Below, in pieces: positions 19,646 to 29,266 of a DNA stretch of 51,962 nucleotides. Position 1 is the stretch's first letter. Each line of letters opens with the position of its first letter. The position numbers and the translations under genes are program-made. The notes under the pieces are model-generated. The model was not told the DNA's origin. It ran no database searches and saw only the letters and a list, made by a program, of their open reading frames with translations. The stretch spans positions 1 to 51,962 of the forward strand of contig CAMVHF010000002.1 in assembly GCA_947167235.1 (NCBI GenBank), read 5' to 3'. Origin of the DNA: an uncultured Alphaproteobacteria bacterium (GTDB taxonomy: Bacteria > Pseudomonadota > Alphaproteobacteria > RF32 > CAG-239).

Positions 19646-20572
19646 TTACAAATATTTGATTGCTTCCATGGCCGAGCGAGCACCGCAACCGGCGGCAATA
19701 ATGGCCTGCCGATACGGATTACAAACATCGCCGGCGGCATATACGCCTTTAATATCCGTTTCACCGCAAGCGCCGTTGGTGGCAATATAACCGCCGCCGT
19801 CCAACCTTAAATAACGACGGAACAACTCGGTATTCGGATGATGTCCGATGGCCACAAACAATCCTGATACCGCCAGTTTTTGCACGCGATCGGTTTTAAC
19901 GTTACGAATTCGCAGGCCGGTCACTTCCAAAGGCTCATCATTACCCAAAACTTCTTCGATGATATTGTTCCACATAATAATGATTTTGCGATTTTCAAAT
20001 AAGCGCTTTTGCATAATATGTTCGGCATTAAGAGCGTGCCGCCGATGAATAAGATAAACTTTTTCAACAAAATTAGATAAATACAACGCCTCTTCCACCG
20101 CCGAATTGCCGCCACCGACCACCGCAACCTCTTTGCCGGCAAAAAAGAAACCGTCGCAAGTCGCACATGATGACACGCCATGCCCTATATATTTTTGTTC
20201 GCTCGGTAATCCGAGCCATTTGACCGAAGCACCGGTCGCAATTATAATGGCACGCGACGTATAGCAATTGCCGGCTTCGGAATTACAAACAAAAGGCGTG
20301 TCAAAAAAATCAACTTCCGTTATAACATCGTCAATCACATGAACGCCGATTTTTTGTGCCTGTTGCCGAATACGATCCATTAAATCGTAGCCGGTTATCG
20401 GATCTGCAAAACCCGGAAAATTTTCAACTTCGCTTGACATAATAAGCTGTCCGCCTTTTTGCGCACCCGAAACCAACAGTGAACGGATACCGGCACGGGC
20501 GGCGTAAATACCGGCGGTATATCCGGCCGGTCCGGAACCGATAATCAATAAATCCGATTTATATTCTGACAT
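19646..20572 (-). CDS. trxB: thioredoxin-disulfide reductase
   Basis: 308 aa with FAD motif IIGSGPAGYTA, redox-active CATCDG and NADPH motif VVGGGNSA. Confidence 0.95.
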   Translation of the reverse strand: MSEYKSDLLIIGSGPAGYTAGIYAARAGIRSLLVSGAQKGGQLIMSSEVENFPGFADPITGYDLMDRIRQQAQKIGVHVIDDVITEVDFFDTPFVCNSEAGNCYTSRAIIIATGASVKWLGLPSEQKYIGHGVSSCATCDGFFFAGKEVAVVGGGNSAVEEALYLSNFVEKVYLIHRRHALNAEHIMQKRLFENRKIIIMWNNIIEEVLGNDEPLEVTGLRIRNVKTDRVQKLAVSGLFVAIGHHPNTELFRRYLRLDGGGYIATNGACGETDIKGVYAAGDVCNPYRQAIIAAGCGARSAMEAIKYL

Positions 20573-20704
20573 TGTTTCTCCTTACGGCTTTGAAATAGTG
20601 CCTCATCACACGATTTCAATACCCATTAAAAAAAACTCTTGCTTTTAAATATAAATTGATTACATTGTGCTTTGAAAGTTTTTTTATATTTAAGGAGATA
20701 TAAT

Positions 20705-20938
20705 ATGCCTTCAGTAATTGATGATTCTTGTATTAAATGCGGCGTTTGTGCCGGTATTTGTCCGGTTAGCGCTATGCACTTGGCTGATTCCCAAATGGTA
20801 ATCGATCCGGATGTTTGCATTGATTGCGGTGCTTGCATCGCTGAATGTCCGCAAAGTGCTATTTCGCCTGATTCAGAGGCCAGCGCAGCTGCTATTCAAT
20901 TTAATGCAGAACAGGCAAAAATTGCACCAAGTGCTTAA
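20705..20938 (+). CDS. 2x[4Fe-4S] ferredoxin
   Basis: Two cluster motifs are present (CIKCGVCAGICP and CIDCGACIAECP). AAGGAG precedes the ATG at 20705, while the track ORF starts upstream at 20672. Confidence 0.85.
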   Translation: MPSVIDDSCIKCGVCAGICPVSAMHLADSQMVIDPDVCIDCGACIAECPQSAISPDSEASAAAIQFNAEQAKIAPSA

Positions 20939-20955
20939 TTTTGTACACTATCACA

Positions 20956-20985
20956 AAACTCAGGACAGTGTCCTGAGTTTTTTTG
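20956..20985 (+). terminator. rho-independent terminator after the ferredoxin gene
   Basis: Stem AAACTCAGGAC/GTCCTGAGTTT with loop AGT(G) is followed by a T-run. Confidence 0.75.
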
Positions 20986-20997
20986 TAAGAAAAAGTT

Positions 20998-21747
20998 ATG
21001 CTTCCGGAATATACAAACGATTATTTATTGGATAAACAAGTTAAAATCCTGCAACCGGTTAACGGCTATCGAGCGTCAACCGATGCGGTTTTGCTTGCCG
21101 GCAGCGTATCCGGAAAATTAAAAAATGCCCGTATTCTGGATGTCGGTTCCGGAACCGGTGCCGTTTCGTTATGTTTGGCGCAACGTTTACAAAATGACAA
21201 CGTGCAAATCTGCGGGCTTGAAATTCAGCCTGAATTGGCCGAATTATCCAATCTAAGCGCGGCACAAAATAATTTTAGTTTTGTAAATTTTTATAATATC
21301 GACATTCGCCATAAACCGCAGGATGCGAATCTGCAGCCGTGTTCGTTTGACATTGTGATATCTAATCCTCCGTACAGCGATCATGACATGCCATCACCAA
21401 ATAAAAGCAAGGCAACGGCGCATAATCATACAGACTTTAATCTTTCCAAATGGTTGGCTTTTTGCTTAAAAATGGCTAAACCGTTCGGCAAAATATATCT
21501 GATTAACCGCGTTGAAGCTCTTTCGGAGATTTGTGCTTTTTTCAGAGGTAAGGCCGGAAACATAACTGTTTTACCCGTCTATTCCAAAGCCGGACAAAAT
21601 GCCAAGCGCATAATCGTTTCGGCACAAAAAGACTCTAAAGCACCGGATTGTATTTTACCGCCGTTTTTTGTACATAATGCCGACGGTCAATACACCGCTC
21701 AGGCACAAAAAATATTACGCGACGGTTGCGGATTATTTGATTTATAA
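20998..21747 (+). CDS. SAM-dependent N6-adenine methyltransferase, TrmN6/YfiC-like (tRNA m6A37 family)
   Basis: It carries SAM motif ILDVGSGTGAVSL and catalytic NPPY (DIVISNPPYSDH). Size and layout match the tRNA1(Val) m6A37 methyltransferase family. Confidence 0.7.
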   Translation: MLPEYTNDYLLDKQVKILQPVNGYRASTDAVLLAGSVSGKLKNARILDVGSGTGAVSLCLAQRLQNDNVQICGLEIQPELAELSNLSAAQNNFSFVNFYNIDIRHKPQDANLQPCSFDIVISNPPYSDHDMPSPNKSKATAHNHTDFNLSKWLAFCLKMAKPFGKIYLINRVEALSEICAFFRGKAGNITVLPVYSKAGQNAKRIIVSAQKDSKAPDCILPPFFVHNADGQYTAQAQKILRDGCGLFDL

Positions 21748-21816
21748 TCCCCTTATTTAATTTTATATTTACTATTGCCGCGTATTCTGTTATAGAATAA
21801 GTATATGAGGTGTCTT

Positions 21817-22929
21817 ATGATAAAATTATTCAGAACTGTTGCTTTGTTTTTAGCTTTAAGCATACCTGCGGCCAACGCTTTTATGCCGACATATCCGGAT
21901 GATGATGAGTTCCGCAAATGTGACTCGGTTACCAATAACGTTGAATTATGCCAACGTGAACAAATCCAACGTATCTTGATACGCGTAAAGAAGCTGTATC
22001 AGTATATTTTATCAGATCCGACTACTCTTGAATGGACGGGAAGTTCCGATAAAAATATCCAAACCGTACGCGATATGTTTGACAGTTGGACGGCTTTTCG
22101 TAACCGTATATGTTCATTGTCCCATATTGCCACAAAATACACCGAACCTTTGTATATCGAACGCTATTCATGCACCTCATACTATATGCTGCATAATGAA
22201 GATCACTTAAAAAGCATTTATAAATTAATTCAAAATACCGCACCGAAAAACAGAGAAGAATTTACATTCTTGAAAATTTATGATCACGATGACGATTACC
22301 AAACATGTATCACGGATAAAAAGAAAGAAAATGCCGACAAATGCAAAATCAACCCTCAGAAATGCACCAAAGATACAAAAGAAATCGAAGCCGAGTGTAT
22401 TGATGAAGAAGTAGAACGCTGCACACAAGAAATCAAAAATCTGTATAAAACACTGTCAAAAGATGAATTTCTCGGCAAGTGGAACAACAGTGAAGATTTG
22501 AAATCAGGCAATTATCGCGATATGTTTGACAGCTGGATCGCTTATCGTAACCGTATGTGTTCATTATCCGTATGGGCATATCAAAGATTTTACGGCAAAG
22601 ATGCTATCCGATTGAACGATTGTATCCAATTCTATAATCGCGAAAAATTCGAGACAATGCTTAATTTATTGGGCATGGCTCACTCCGCTATCGACGCCAC
22701 GGACTTTACGGGAAGTGACGGCGGCGAGGAGGAAGGACGTTCCATTAAACCTCTGACCCAGCGAATTGATGCGGGTGAAGGCAATAAAGCCGAAACTTTG
22801 GTTAATGAAACAACCGGTGAAGTTAAAAAAGATACTCCGGCAAATCTTTCAAACAAAAACGAAGCTATTAAAAAACAGAATTCCGAAGCTTTGAAAAACA
22901 AGCAAATTCCGTCTTGGGCCAAACATTAA
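21817..22929 (+). CDS. secreted protein with two DUF1311/LprI-like repeats
   Basis: GAGGTG precedes the ATG at 21817, giving signal peptide MIKLFRTVALFLALSIPAANA. The block VRDMFDSWTAFRNRICSLSH is repeated as YRDMFDSWIAYRNRMCSLSV. Confidence 0.65.
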   Translation: MIKLFRTVALFLALSIPAANAFMPTYPDDDEFRKCDSVTNNVELCQREQIQRILIRVKKLYQYILSDPTTLEWTGSSDKNIQTVRDMFDSWTAFRNRICSLSHIATKYTEPLYIERYSCTSYYMLHNEDHLKSIYKLIQNTAPKNREEFTFLKIYDHDDDYQTCITDKKKENADKCKINPQKCTKDTKEIEAECIDEEVERCTQEIKNLYKTLSKDEFLGKWNNSEDLKSGNYRDMFDSWIAYRNRMCSLSVWAYQRFYGKDAIRLNDCIQFYNREKFETMLNLLGMAHSAIDATDFTGSDGGEEEGRSIKPLTQRIDAGEGNKAETLVNETTGEVKKDTPANLSNKNEAIKKQNSEALKNKQIPSWAKH

Positions 22930-22934
22930 TGAAT

Positions 22935-23007
22935 TATACATACCTAAAAGTATAAAAAAATGTTTGCAAGTTTGTAAATTTGTTATATACATACTAGCCA
23001 GTATAAA
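22935..23007 (+). promoter_or_regulatory. two copies of the palindromic motif TATACATAC-N6-GTATAAA (candidate TetR operators) flanking or overlapping a TTGCAA(-35)/TATACA(-10) promoter
   Basis: Site A lies at 22935..22956 and site B at 22986..23007, and they match at 17 of 22 positions. TTGCAA at 22964..22969 and TATACA at 22986..22991 are separated by 16 nt. Confidence 0.5.
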
Positions 23008-23025
23008 TATTTACGGAGTAATTTT

Positions 23026-23637
23026 ATGCGCAGAACCAAAGAAGATGCCGAACAGACGAGACAAAATATTTTGGCCTCGGCTCGCGATATTTTTTATGAA
23101 AAAGGTTACTCAAAAACCACTTTTGATGAAATTGCCAAACGCATTAATTTAACCAAAGGTGCCGTTTACTGGTATTTTAGAAATAAACCGGATATCGTTG
23201 CGGCATTGATTAACGAATATGCTCAAAATCATTTAGATGCGTTGCGCTCGTATATTCCGACAGAAAATTGCAGTTTTCAAAATTTAATTGATATGTTGCT
23301 GTTCAACAACAAAGTCTTAAAAAATGACGGCAATACATATAAATTTATGTTTTTTGTTTCATGCCAAATGGAATGGAGCGAAGCAATTCTTTATAAAATT
23401 CAGCCGTCCATCGAACAAACCAAACGCGTGACACGAAATTTGTTTACGCAAGTTTTGGAAAATCTGCAACGCAATCATCAAATCAGAGAGGATGTTGATA
23501 CATCCATGATATCCGAAATTTTGATGACCATGTACAGCGGAATGATGGAAGCCTATTTTACCAAAAGACTGGTCAATGATTTTGATGAGACTGTCAAAAC
23601 CGGATTTAACTTAATTTATAATAGTATTAAAATTTAA
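23026..23637 (+). CDS. TetR/AcrR family transcriptional regulator
   Basis: The N-terminal HTH region is TRQNILASARDIFYEKGYSKTTFDEIAKRINLTKGAVYWYFRNK. It is the first gene of the efflux operon. Confidence 0.9.
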   Translation: MRRTKEDAEQTRQNILASARDIFYEKGYSKTTFDEIAKRINLTKGAVYWYFRNKPDIVAALINEYAQNHLDALRSYIPTENCSFQNLIDMLLFNNKVLKNDGNTYKFMFFVSCQMEWSEAILYKIQPSIEQTKRVTRNLFTQVLENLQRNHQIREDVDTSMISEILMTMYSGMMEAYFTKRLVNDFDETVKTGFNLIYNSIKI

Positions 23638-23639
23638 AG

Positions 23640-24824
23640 GTGAAAATAATGAGAATAAATTATCCTGATATGAAAATTGTAGCCACTCGCATCGCTATTG
23701 TGGTCGCATGTATGGCTTTCGGTTGGTATATGAAAGGTCGCTTGATGCCGGCCGGCGGTATGCCGGGTATGGGCATGGGTGAAGTTTATGTTTTAGCGCA
23801 AAATTCCGAAATTAAGGATGTTTCCACCTTTGAAAGCAAAATTTCTTATATCGAAGCCATTAATGAAGTCAGTCTGCAACCGCAAGTTACCGGTACAGTC
23901 GAAAAAGTTTTGTTCAATGAAGGAAGTATTGTTCACGAAGGTGATGTTTTATTTGAAATAGATCCGGAAAAATATCAGGCCGCTTATGATTTGGCTAAGG
24001 CCAGACTGGACAGCGCTCATGCTAACTTGGTTAAGGCCGAAAGAGATTATAACCGTCAAGTTAAATTAAGCGATCAAAAATTTGCATCCAAAGCAACTTT
24101 TGATACTTCGGAAAGTGCTTATTTACAAGCAAAAGCCGCTGTTGAAGAAGCACAAGCCAATTTGGATTTGGCCGCCATTGATTTGCGCAACACCCAAGTT
24201 ACCGCACCTATCGGCGGTAAAATCGGTAAAGCCTTTGTCACTAAAGGCAACTATGTTGTAGCTTCCAGCGTTGTCTTGGCAAAAATCGTTCAAATTAATC
24301 CGGTGCGTATAAGCTTTTCATTAACGGATAAAGAATTTGGAACCGTTCAATCCAAAAATTACGATAAATCCGATTTAAGTGCCATCATTACCTTGGCCAC
24401 GGGAGAAACCGTTCGAGAAAGAGTTGTTGATGTATACACCGATAATGCCATCAATACCAACACGGCCACGTTATCGGTATTTGCCAGCGTTGCCAATGAA
24501 GCTCATCGTTTAATTCCGGGCAACTACGTACAAACGGCCATTACCGATAACCAACCGAATCCGGCCGTTGTCGTACCGCAAACAGCTTTAGGTTATGACA
24601 AAGACGGCGCTTATATTTATGTTGTCAGAATCGATCAGGAAAAGACCAAAGAAAATGATATCCATGGTATTGCCGAGCAGCGCCGCGTTGTGCTGGGTAA
24701 TACGGTTAATGGTTCGGAACAAGCCGTATTAAAAGGCTTAAACGAAGGCGAATTGGTTGTTGTTCAGGGTATTGTTAAAATTAAAAACGGTTCACAAATC
24801 AAAGTCGGCGTGCTGACTAAGTAA
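23640..24824 (+). CDS. RND efflux periplasmic adaptor (membrane fusion protein)
   Basis: It has an N-terminal TM anchor, lipoyl and coiled-coil hairpin regions, and VTAPIGGKIGKAFV. The start may instead be the ATG at 23649. Confidence 0.88.
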   Translation: MKIMRINYPDMKIVATRIAIVVACMAFGWYMKGRLMPAGGMPGMGMGEVYVLAQNSEIKDVSTFESKISYIEAINEVSLQPQVTGTVEKVLFNEGSIVHEGDVLFEIDPEKYQAAYDLAKARLDSAHANLVKAERDYNRQVKLSDQKFASKATFDTSESAYLQAKAAVEEAQANLDLAAIDLRNTQVTAPIGGKIGKAFVTKGNYVVASSVVLAKIVQINPVRISFSLTDKEFGTVQSKNYDKSDLSAIITLATGETVRERVVDVYTDNAINTNTATLSVFASVANEAHRLIPGNYVQTAITDNQPNPAVVVPQTALGYDKDGAYIYVVRIDQEKTKENDIHGIAEQRRVVLGNTVNGSEQAVLKGLNEGELVVVQGIVKIKNGSQIKVGVLTK

Positions 24825-24839
24825 TTAAGGAATATACAG

Positions 24840-27800
24840 ATGTTTTCAAAATTTTTTATTGAAAGACCGCGTTTTGCCGTCGTAATTGCTATCGTCATGG
24901 CTTTAGCCGGTATTGTTTCCGTTTTGACAATGCCGATCGGTATGTATCCTGAAATTGCCCCGCCGGAAATCCGCGTTTCAACCAACTACATCGGTGCCAG
25001 TGCCGAAACAGTGGCCAACAATGTCGGTATTCCGCTTGAAAAAGCCATTAACGGTATCGAAAATATGCTGTATATGTCATCAAACTCGTATAACTCCGGA
25101 GCATACGGGTTATCGGTGGCTTTTGAAACCGGTACCGATCCGGATTTGGATCAGGTTAAGGTACAAAATCGTATTCAGCAGGTTATCGCCAGCTTACCTT
25201 CCGAAGTGCAAAATGTCGGTGTTTCCGTCTACCGCCGCTCTTCGGATATTTTGGCGTTTTTACAGGTTACCTCACCAAAAGGAACGCATGACAGTAACTT
25301 CTTAAATAACTATGTCGAAAATAACATTAAAGTTGCTTTAAGCCGTGCTTACGGTGTCGGTGAAGTTAACGTTATGGGTGCCGCAACCAGTATGCGTGTT
25401 TGGATTGATGCCGATAAAGCCACAGCTTTAAACATCCCGCTTGACACCATAAAAGCAGCCATCCGCAGCCAGAACGTTCAGCCGTCTTTGGGTTCTGTAG
25501 GCTCGGCACCGGGCGACGGTAAACAGGTTTTGGTATATTCTTTGGAAACTCAAGGCCGCTTGAATGATCCGAAAGACTTTGAAAACATTATTGTTCGCAC
25601 CACTGAAGAAGGCGGTTTGGTGCGTTTGAAAGATATTGCCCGTGTCGAACTCGGTTCGGAAAACTATTTGATTAAAGCAACTGTTGACGGTAAACCGTCG
25701 GTTGCCATTATTATCAACAAGTCATCAGGTGCCAATGCGGTGAATGCCATGAAGGCCGTCCGCGCCGAATTGAAAAAACTCGAAAAATTCTATCCGGACG
25801 ACTTTAAAGTCGATATCTTTGTCGATACGACCGACTTTATTTTGGCTTCCATTGAAGAAGTTTTCTTTACCTTGTTTTTAACATTCGGTTTGGTGGTATT
25901 GGTTTGCTATGTATTTTTACAAGACTGGCGTGCGACACTGGTTCCGTCCATCGCTATTCCGGTTTCTATTTTAGCCACCTTTGCCGTCATGAAAGCCTTG
26001 GGTTTCAACTTAAATATTTTAACGCTTTTCGGTTTGGTTTTAGCCATCGGTTTGGTGGTTGATGACGCCATTGTGGTGGTTGAGCGCACCCTGTTCTTAA
26101 TGCAATCTGAAAATCTGACCTCAAAGCAGGCCGCCATCAAAGCGATGGAACAGGTTTCAAGCGCAGTCGTGGCCACAACTTTGGTATTGCTTGCCATTTT
26201 CGTGCCAATTGCTTTTATGGGCGGTATTACCGGTAAAATTTACCAGCAATTTGCCATAACCATCAGCTTTGCCGTGGCCTTTTCCGCCGTTAACGCTTTA
26301 ACCTTATCACCGGCGTTATCCGCTACGTTCCTGCGTCCGTTTGAAATTAAGAAAACCGGCTTTTTAGGTGTATTTAACCGACTTGTACAACGTTCGACCA
26401 ATAAATATCTGATCGTTATCGGCTATATCGGGCGCAAAATCGGCATTATTGCATTTATTTTAGGTGTTTTAATTCTTTGTATCAGCTTTTTCCTGAAAGT
26501 TACCTCAACTTCATTTTTACCGAATGAAGATCAGGGCTTGATTATGATTAACGTTCAACTGCCGGAAGGCGCTTCCAACGTCAGAACCGATGAAGTTAAT
26601 AAAAAAATCCGTGAAATCGCCACTAATGAAAAATCCGTCAAATCTGTTTTGAACTTGGTCGGATTCAGCATTATGGCCGGTCAGGGCGAAAACGTCGGTT
26701 TCGGTGTATTATCGCTGAAAAATTGGAGCGAACGTACCGAGGATTCCGAATTCTCCACAACGATCCTCAACCGCTTATCCGCAATTGCCAGCCAATTTTC
26801 GGAGGCTAAAGTTCAATTTTTCGAAATGCCGGCTATTCCGGGCTTAGGCGAAACCAATGCTATGAACTTTAAAATTCAATCAGTCGAAAGTACGGATATG
26901 AATGAGTTGGAAACCGTCGTTCAAAACTTTACGATGCAAGCCATGGCTCTGCCGGAAATTATGATGGCATACTCAACCTACAACGCGCAAACACCGCACG
27001 CTTATATTGAAATAAACCGTGAAAAGGCCGAATCTCTGGGTGTTGCCATCGGTGATATTTATGCATCACTGCAAACTTATGTCGGTTCGAGCTACATCAA
27101 TGATATCAACATCGGTACGCAAGTTAACAAAGTTAAAATTCAGGCCGATTGGAAATATCGTAAAGATTTAAGCAGCTTGGATAAAATTTATGTTCACAGC
27201 AATAAAGGTGCCATGGTTCCTTTAGGCAGTTTGATACACGTTAAAACCGTTCTGTTGCCGCGCGGTATCGAACGTTATAACCAATATCCGAGTGCCACCG
27301 TCAATGCTTTAGCCGCTTCCGGCGTCAGCTCGGGTGCCGCTATGCAGGCTCTCGAAGATTTGGCTGACCGCATTTTACCTAAGGGTTACAGCTATGCTTG
27401 GTCAGGTGCCAGCTTGCAAGAAAAGAACAACCAAGGTCAGATTTACTATATTATCGCCTTTGCAATGTTATTTGCTTATCTGTTTATGGTTGCTCAATAT
27501 GAAAGTTGGATGATTCCACTGTCGGTTATGCTTTCGGTATCGGCCGCCATGCTCGGCGCATTAATCGGTTTATTCGTCATGAGAATGCCGCTTAGTATTT
27601 ATGCGCAACTCGGTTTGGTATTGTTGGTCGGATTGGCCGCCAAAAACGCCATTTTAATTGTCGAATTTGCGCGTGAAGCCCGCCAAAACGGAAATCCGAT
27701 CTTAAAATCCGCTTTATTTGCCACCAAAGAACGTTTTCGTGCCGTACTGATGACAGCCTTTACCTTTATTTTAGGTGTGGCTCCGTTGGTATGGGCCAGC

Positions 27801-27965
27801 GGTGCTTCGGCAGGAAGCCGGGTGGCCGTAGGTGTTCCGGTATTTTGGGGCATGATTATCGGTACAATGGGCGGTTTACTCCTTATTCCGTTAATGTATA
27901 TTTTAATACAAACCATCACCGAATATAAGAAGAAACCTGAAAATGGCGAATCCCCGACTGAATAG
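24840..27965 (+). CDS. RND family multidrug efflux permease (AcrB/MexB-like)
   Basis: 1041 aa starting MFSKFFIERPRFAVVIAIVMALAG. It has the 12-TM layout with two large periplasmic loops. Confidence 0.93.
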   Translation: MFSKFFIERPRFAVVIAIVMALAGIVSVLTMPIGMYPEIAPPEIRVSTNYIGASAETVANNVGIPLEKAINGIENMLYMSSNSYNSGAYGLSVAFETGTDPDLDQVKVQNRIQQVIASLPSEVQNVGVSVYRRSSDILAFLQVTSPKGTHDSNFLNNYVENNIKVALSRAYGVGEVNVMGAATSMRVWIDADKATALNIPLDTIKAAIRSQNVQPSLGSVGSAPGDGKQVLVYSLETQGRLNDPKDFENIIVRTTEEGGLVRLKDIARVELGSENYLIKATVDGKPSVAIIINKSSGANAVNAMKAVRAELKKLEKFYPDDFKVDIFVDTTDFILASIEEVFFTLFLTFGLVVLVCYVFLQDWRATLVPSIAIPVSILATFAVMKALGFNLNILTLFGLVLAIGLVVDDAIVVVERTLFLMQSENLTSKQAAIKAMEQVSSAVVATTLVLLAIFVPIAFMGGITGKIYQQFAITISFAVAFSAVNALTLSPALSATFLRPFEIKKTGFLGVFNRLVQRSTNKYLIVIGYIGRKIGIIAFILGVLILCISFFLKVTSTSFLPNEDQGLIMINVQLPEGASNVRTDEVNKKIREIATNEKSVKSVLNLVGFSIMAGQGENVGFGVLSLKNWSERTEDSEFSTTILNRLSAIASQFSEAKVQFFEMPAIPGLGETNAMNFKIQSVESTDMNELETVVQNFTMQAMALPEIMMAYSTYNAQTPHAYIEINREKAESLGVAIGDIYASLQTYVGSSYINDINIGTQVNKVKIQADWKYRKDLSSLDKIYVHSNKGAMVPLGSLIHVKTVLLPRGIERYNQYPSATVNALAASGVSSGAAMQALEDLADRILPKGYSYAWSGASLQEKNNQGQIYYIIAFAMLFAYLFMVAQYESWMIPLSVMLSVSAAMLGALIGLFVMRMPLSIYAQLGLVLLVGLAAKNAILIVEFAREARQNGNPILKSALFATKERFRAVLMTAFTFILGVAPLVWASGASAGSRVAVGVPVFWGMIIGTMGGLLLIPLMYILIQTITEYKKKPENGESPTE

Positions 27966-29223
27966 TGCAAAAATTTTGCAAACCGTATTGGAAGACAAAG
28001 TCTTTTTCGGCGAATTGAAAAAACAAATCAACGAAAAAGACTTGCCTTTCTGTAATATGCTGATTTTGACATCTTTGCGCTATTGGTGCGGTTTAAATTC
28101 GATCTTAAGTAAATTTCTGCAAAAGAAAATTCCGAACAAACATCGTTTGGCGCAATATTTGTTGTTGGCCGCCATCGCCGAAATTCTGTTTATGGAAACA
28201 GCGCCTTATGCCGTTATTAACGAAACCGTTGCCAACATTAAAAAGAGTTGTGATAAATTTTTGGGCGGTATGGCAAATGCCGTTTTACGAAAAATTGTGG
28301 CTCAGAAAGAAAATTTGCTGGAGGATATACAAAAAGTATCCCCTCTGCCGCAAACATTCATGCCGGTACTTGCCGGTTATTCCGCTGAAGATATAAAAGC
28401 CGTTGCCGCAAGCATTCGGCAAATACCGCCGACCGACATCAGCGTAAAATCAAATCCTGTCGAATGGCAAAAAAAACTAAACGGTACATTATTGCCAAAC
28501 GGCAGCATCCGCCTGCAAAACATCAAAAAAATTCATGAATTACCCGAATACAGTGCCGGTCAATGGTGGGTACAAGACGTTGCCGCCTCTTTACCGGTTA
28601 TGGTGATGGGAAACATTGACGGACTTAAAGTTGTCGACCTGTGTGCCGCACCGGGCGGTAAAACTGCACAATTGGCCGCGCGCGGTGCCGATGTGACAGC
28701 TTTGGATATTTCTGAAATGCGACTTGAAACCTTAAAGCAAAATATGCAGCGGCTTAAACTGGATAATGTTCATCCGATTTGTGATGATGCTCTGCATTTT
28801 ATGCAAACAACAACCGAAAAATTTGATGCAATTTTACTCGATGCCCCATGTTCGGCAACCGGAACTTTTCGCCGTCATCCGGAAGTATTGCATATTAAAA
28901 CATCCGAAGATGTAAAACAGCAGGCGGAACTTCAAAAACAAATGCTTGAAGCCTGCAAAAATATTCTCAAAAAAGACGGTATTTTGGTATACAGCGTTTG
29001 CTCTATCAGTAAAGCTGAAGGTGAATTGCAAATTGCTTCTTTCTTAAAACAAAATCCCGATTTCAAAATTGTTGAGATTACCGACAATGAAATTGCTTCA
29101 TTCGGTCAATGGCAGGATCATTTGATTCTATCTGACGGCACCGTTCGAACTTTGCCTTTTTATGAAAATTCACAAAATGGTATGGATTCATTTTTTATTT
29201 GCAAAATGCAAAGAATAATTTAA
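27943..29223 (+). CDS. rsmB: 16S rRNA (cytosine967-C5)-methyltransferase RsmB/Sun
   Basis: It has a NusB-like N-terminal domain, SAM motif DLCAAPGGKT, and catalytic DAPCSATG and SVCS motifs. The start overlaps the end of the RND gene. Confidence 0.85.
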   Translation: MANPRLNSAKILQTVLEDKVFFGELKKQINEKDLPFCNMLILTSLRYWCGLNSILSKFLQKKIPNKHRLAQYLLLAAIAEILFMETAPYAVINETVANIKKSCDKFLGGMANAVLRKIVAQKENLLEDIQKVSPLPQTFMPVLAGYSAEDIKAVAASIRQIPPTDISVKSNPVEWQKKLNGTLLPNGSIRLQNIKKIHELPEYSAGQWWVQDVAASLPVMVMGNIDGLKVVDLCAAPGGKTAQLAARGADVTALDISEMRLETLKQNMQRLKLDNVHPICDDALHFMQTTTEKFDAILLDAPCSATGTFRRHPEVLHIKTSEDVKQQAELQKQMLEACKNILKKDGILVYSVCSISKAEGELQIASFLKQNPDFKIVEITDNEIASFGQWQDHLILSDGTVRTLPFYENSQNGMDSFFICKMQRII

Positions 29224-29266
29224 CACTTTTTGAATATAATAGCCTCAAATTTGGAGGAGTAACGTC

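Noticed and set aside
22964-23152. A 62-aa plus-strand ORF overlaps the TetR promoter and the 5' end of the gene.
   Set aside because: It is out of frame with a clear TetR HTH-encoding ORF that has a good SD. Its translation is hydrophobic and low-complexity.
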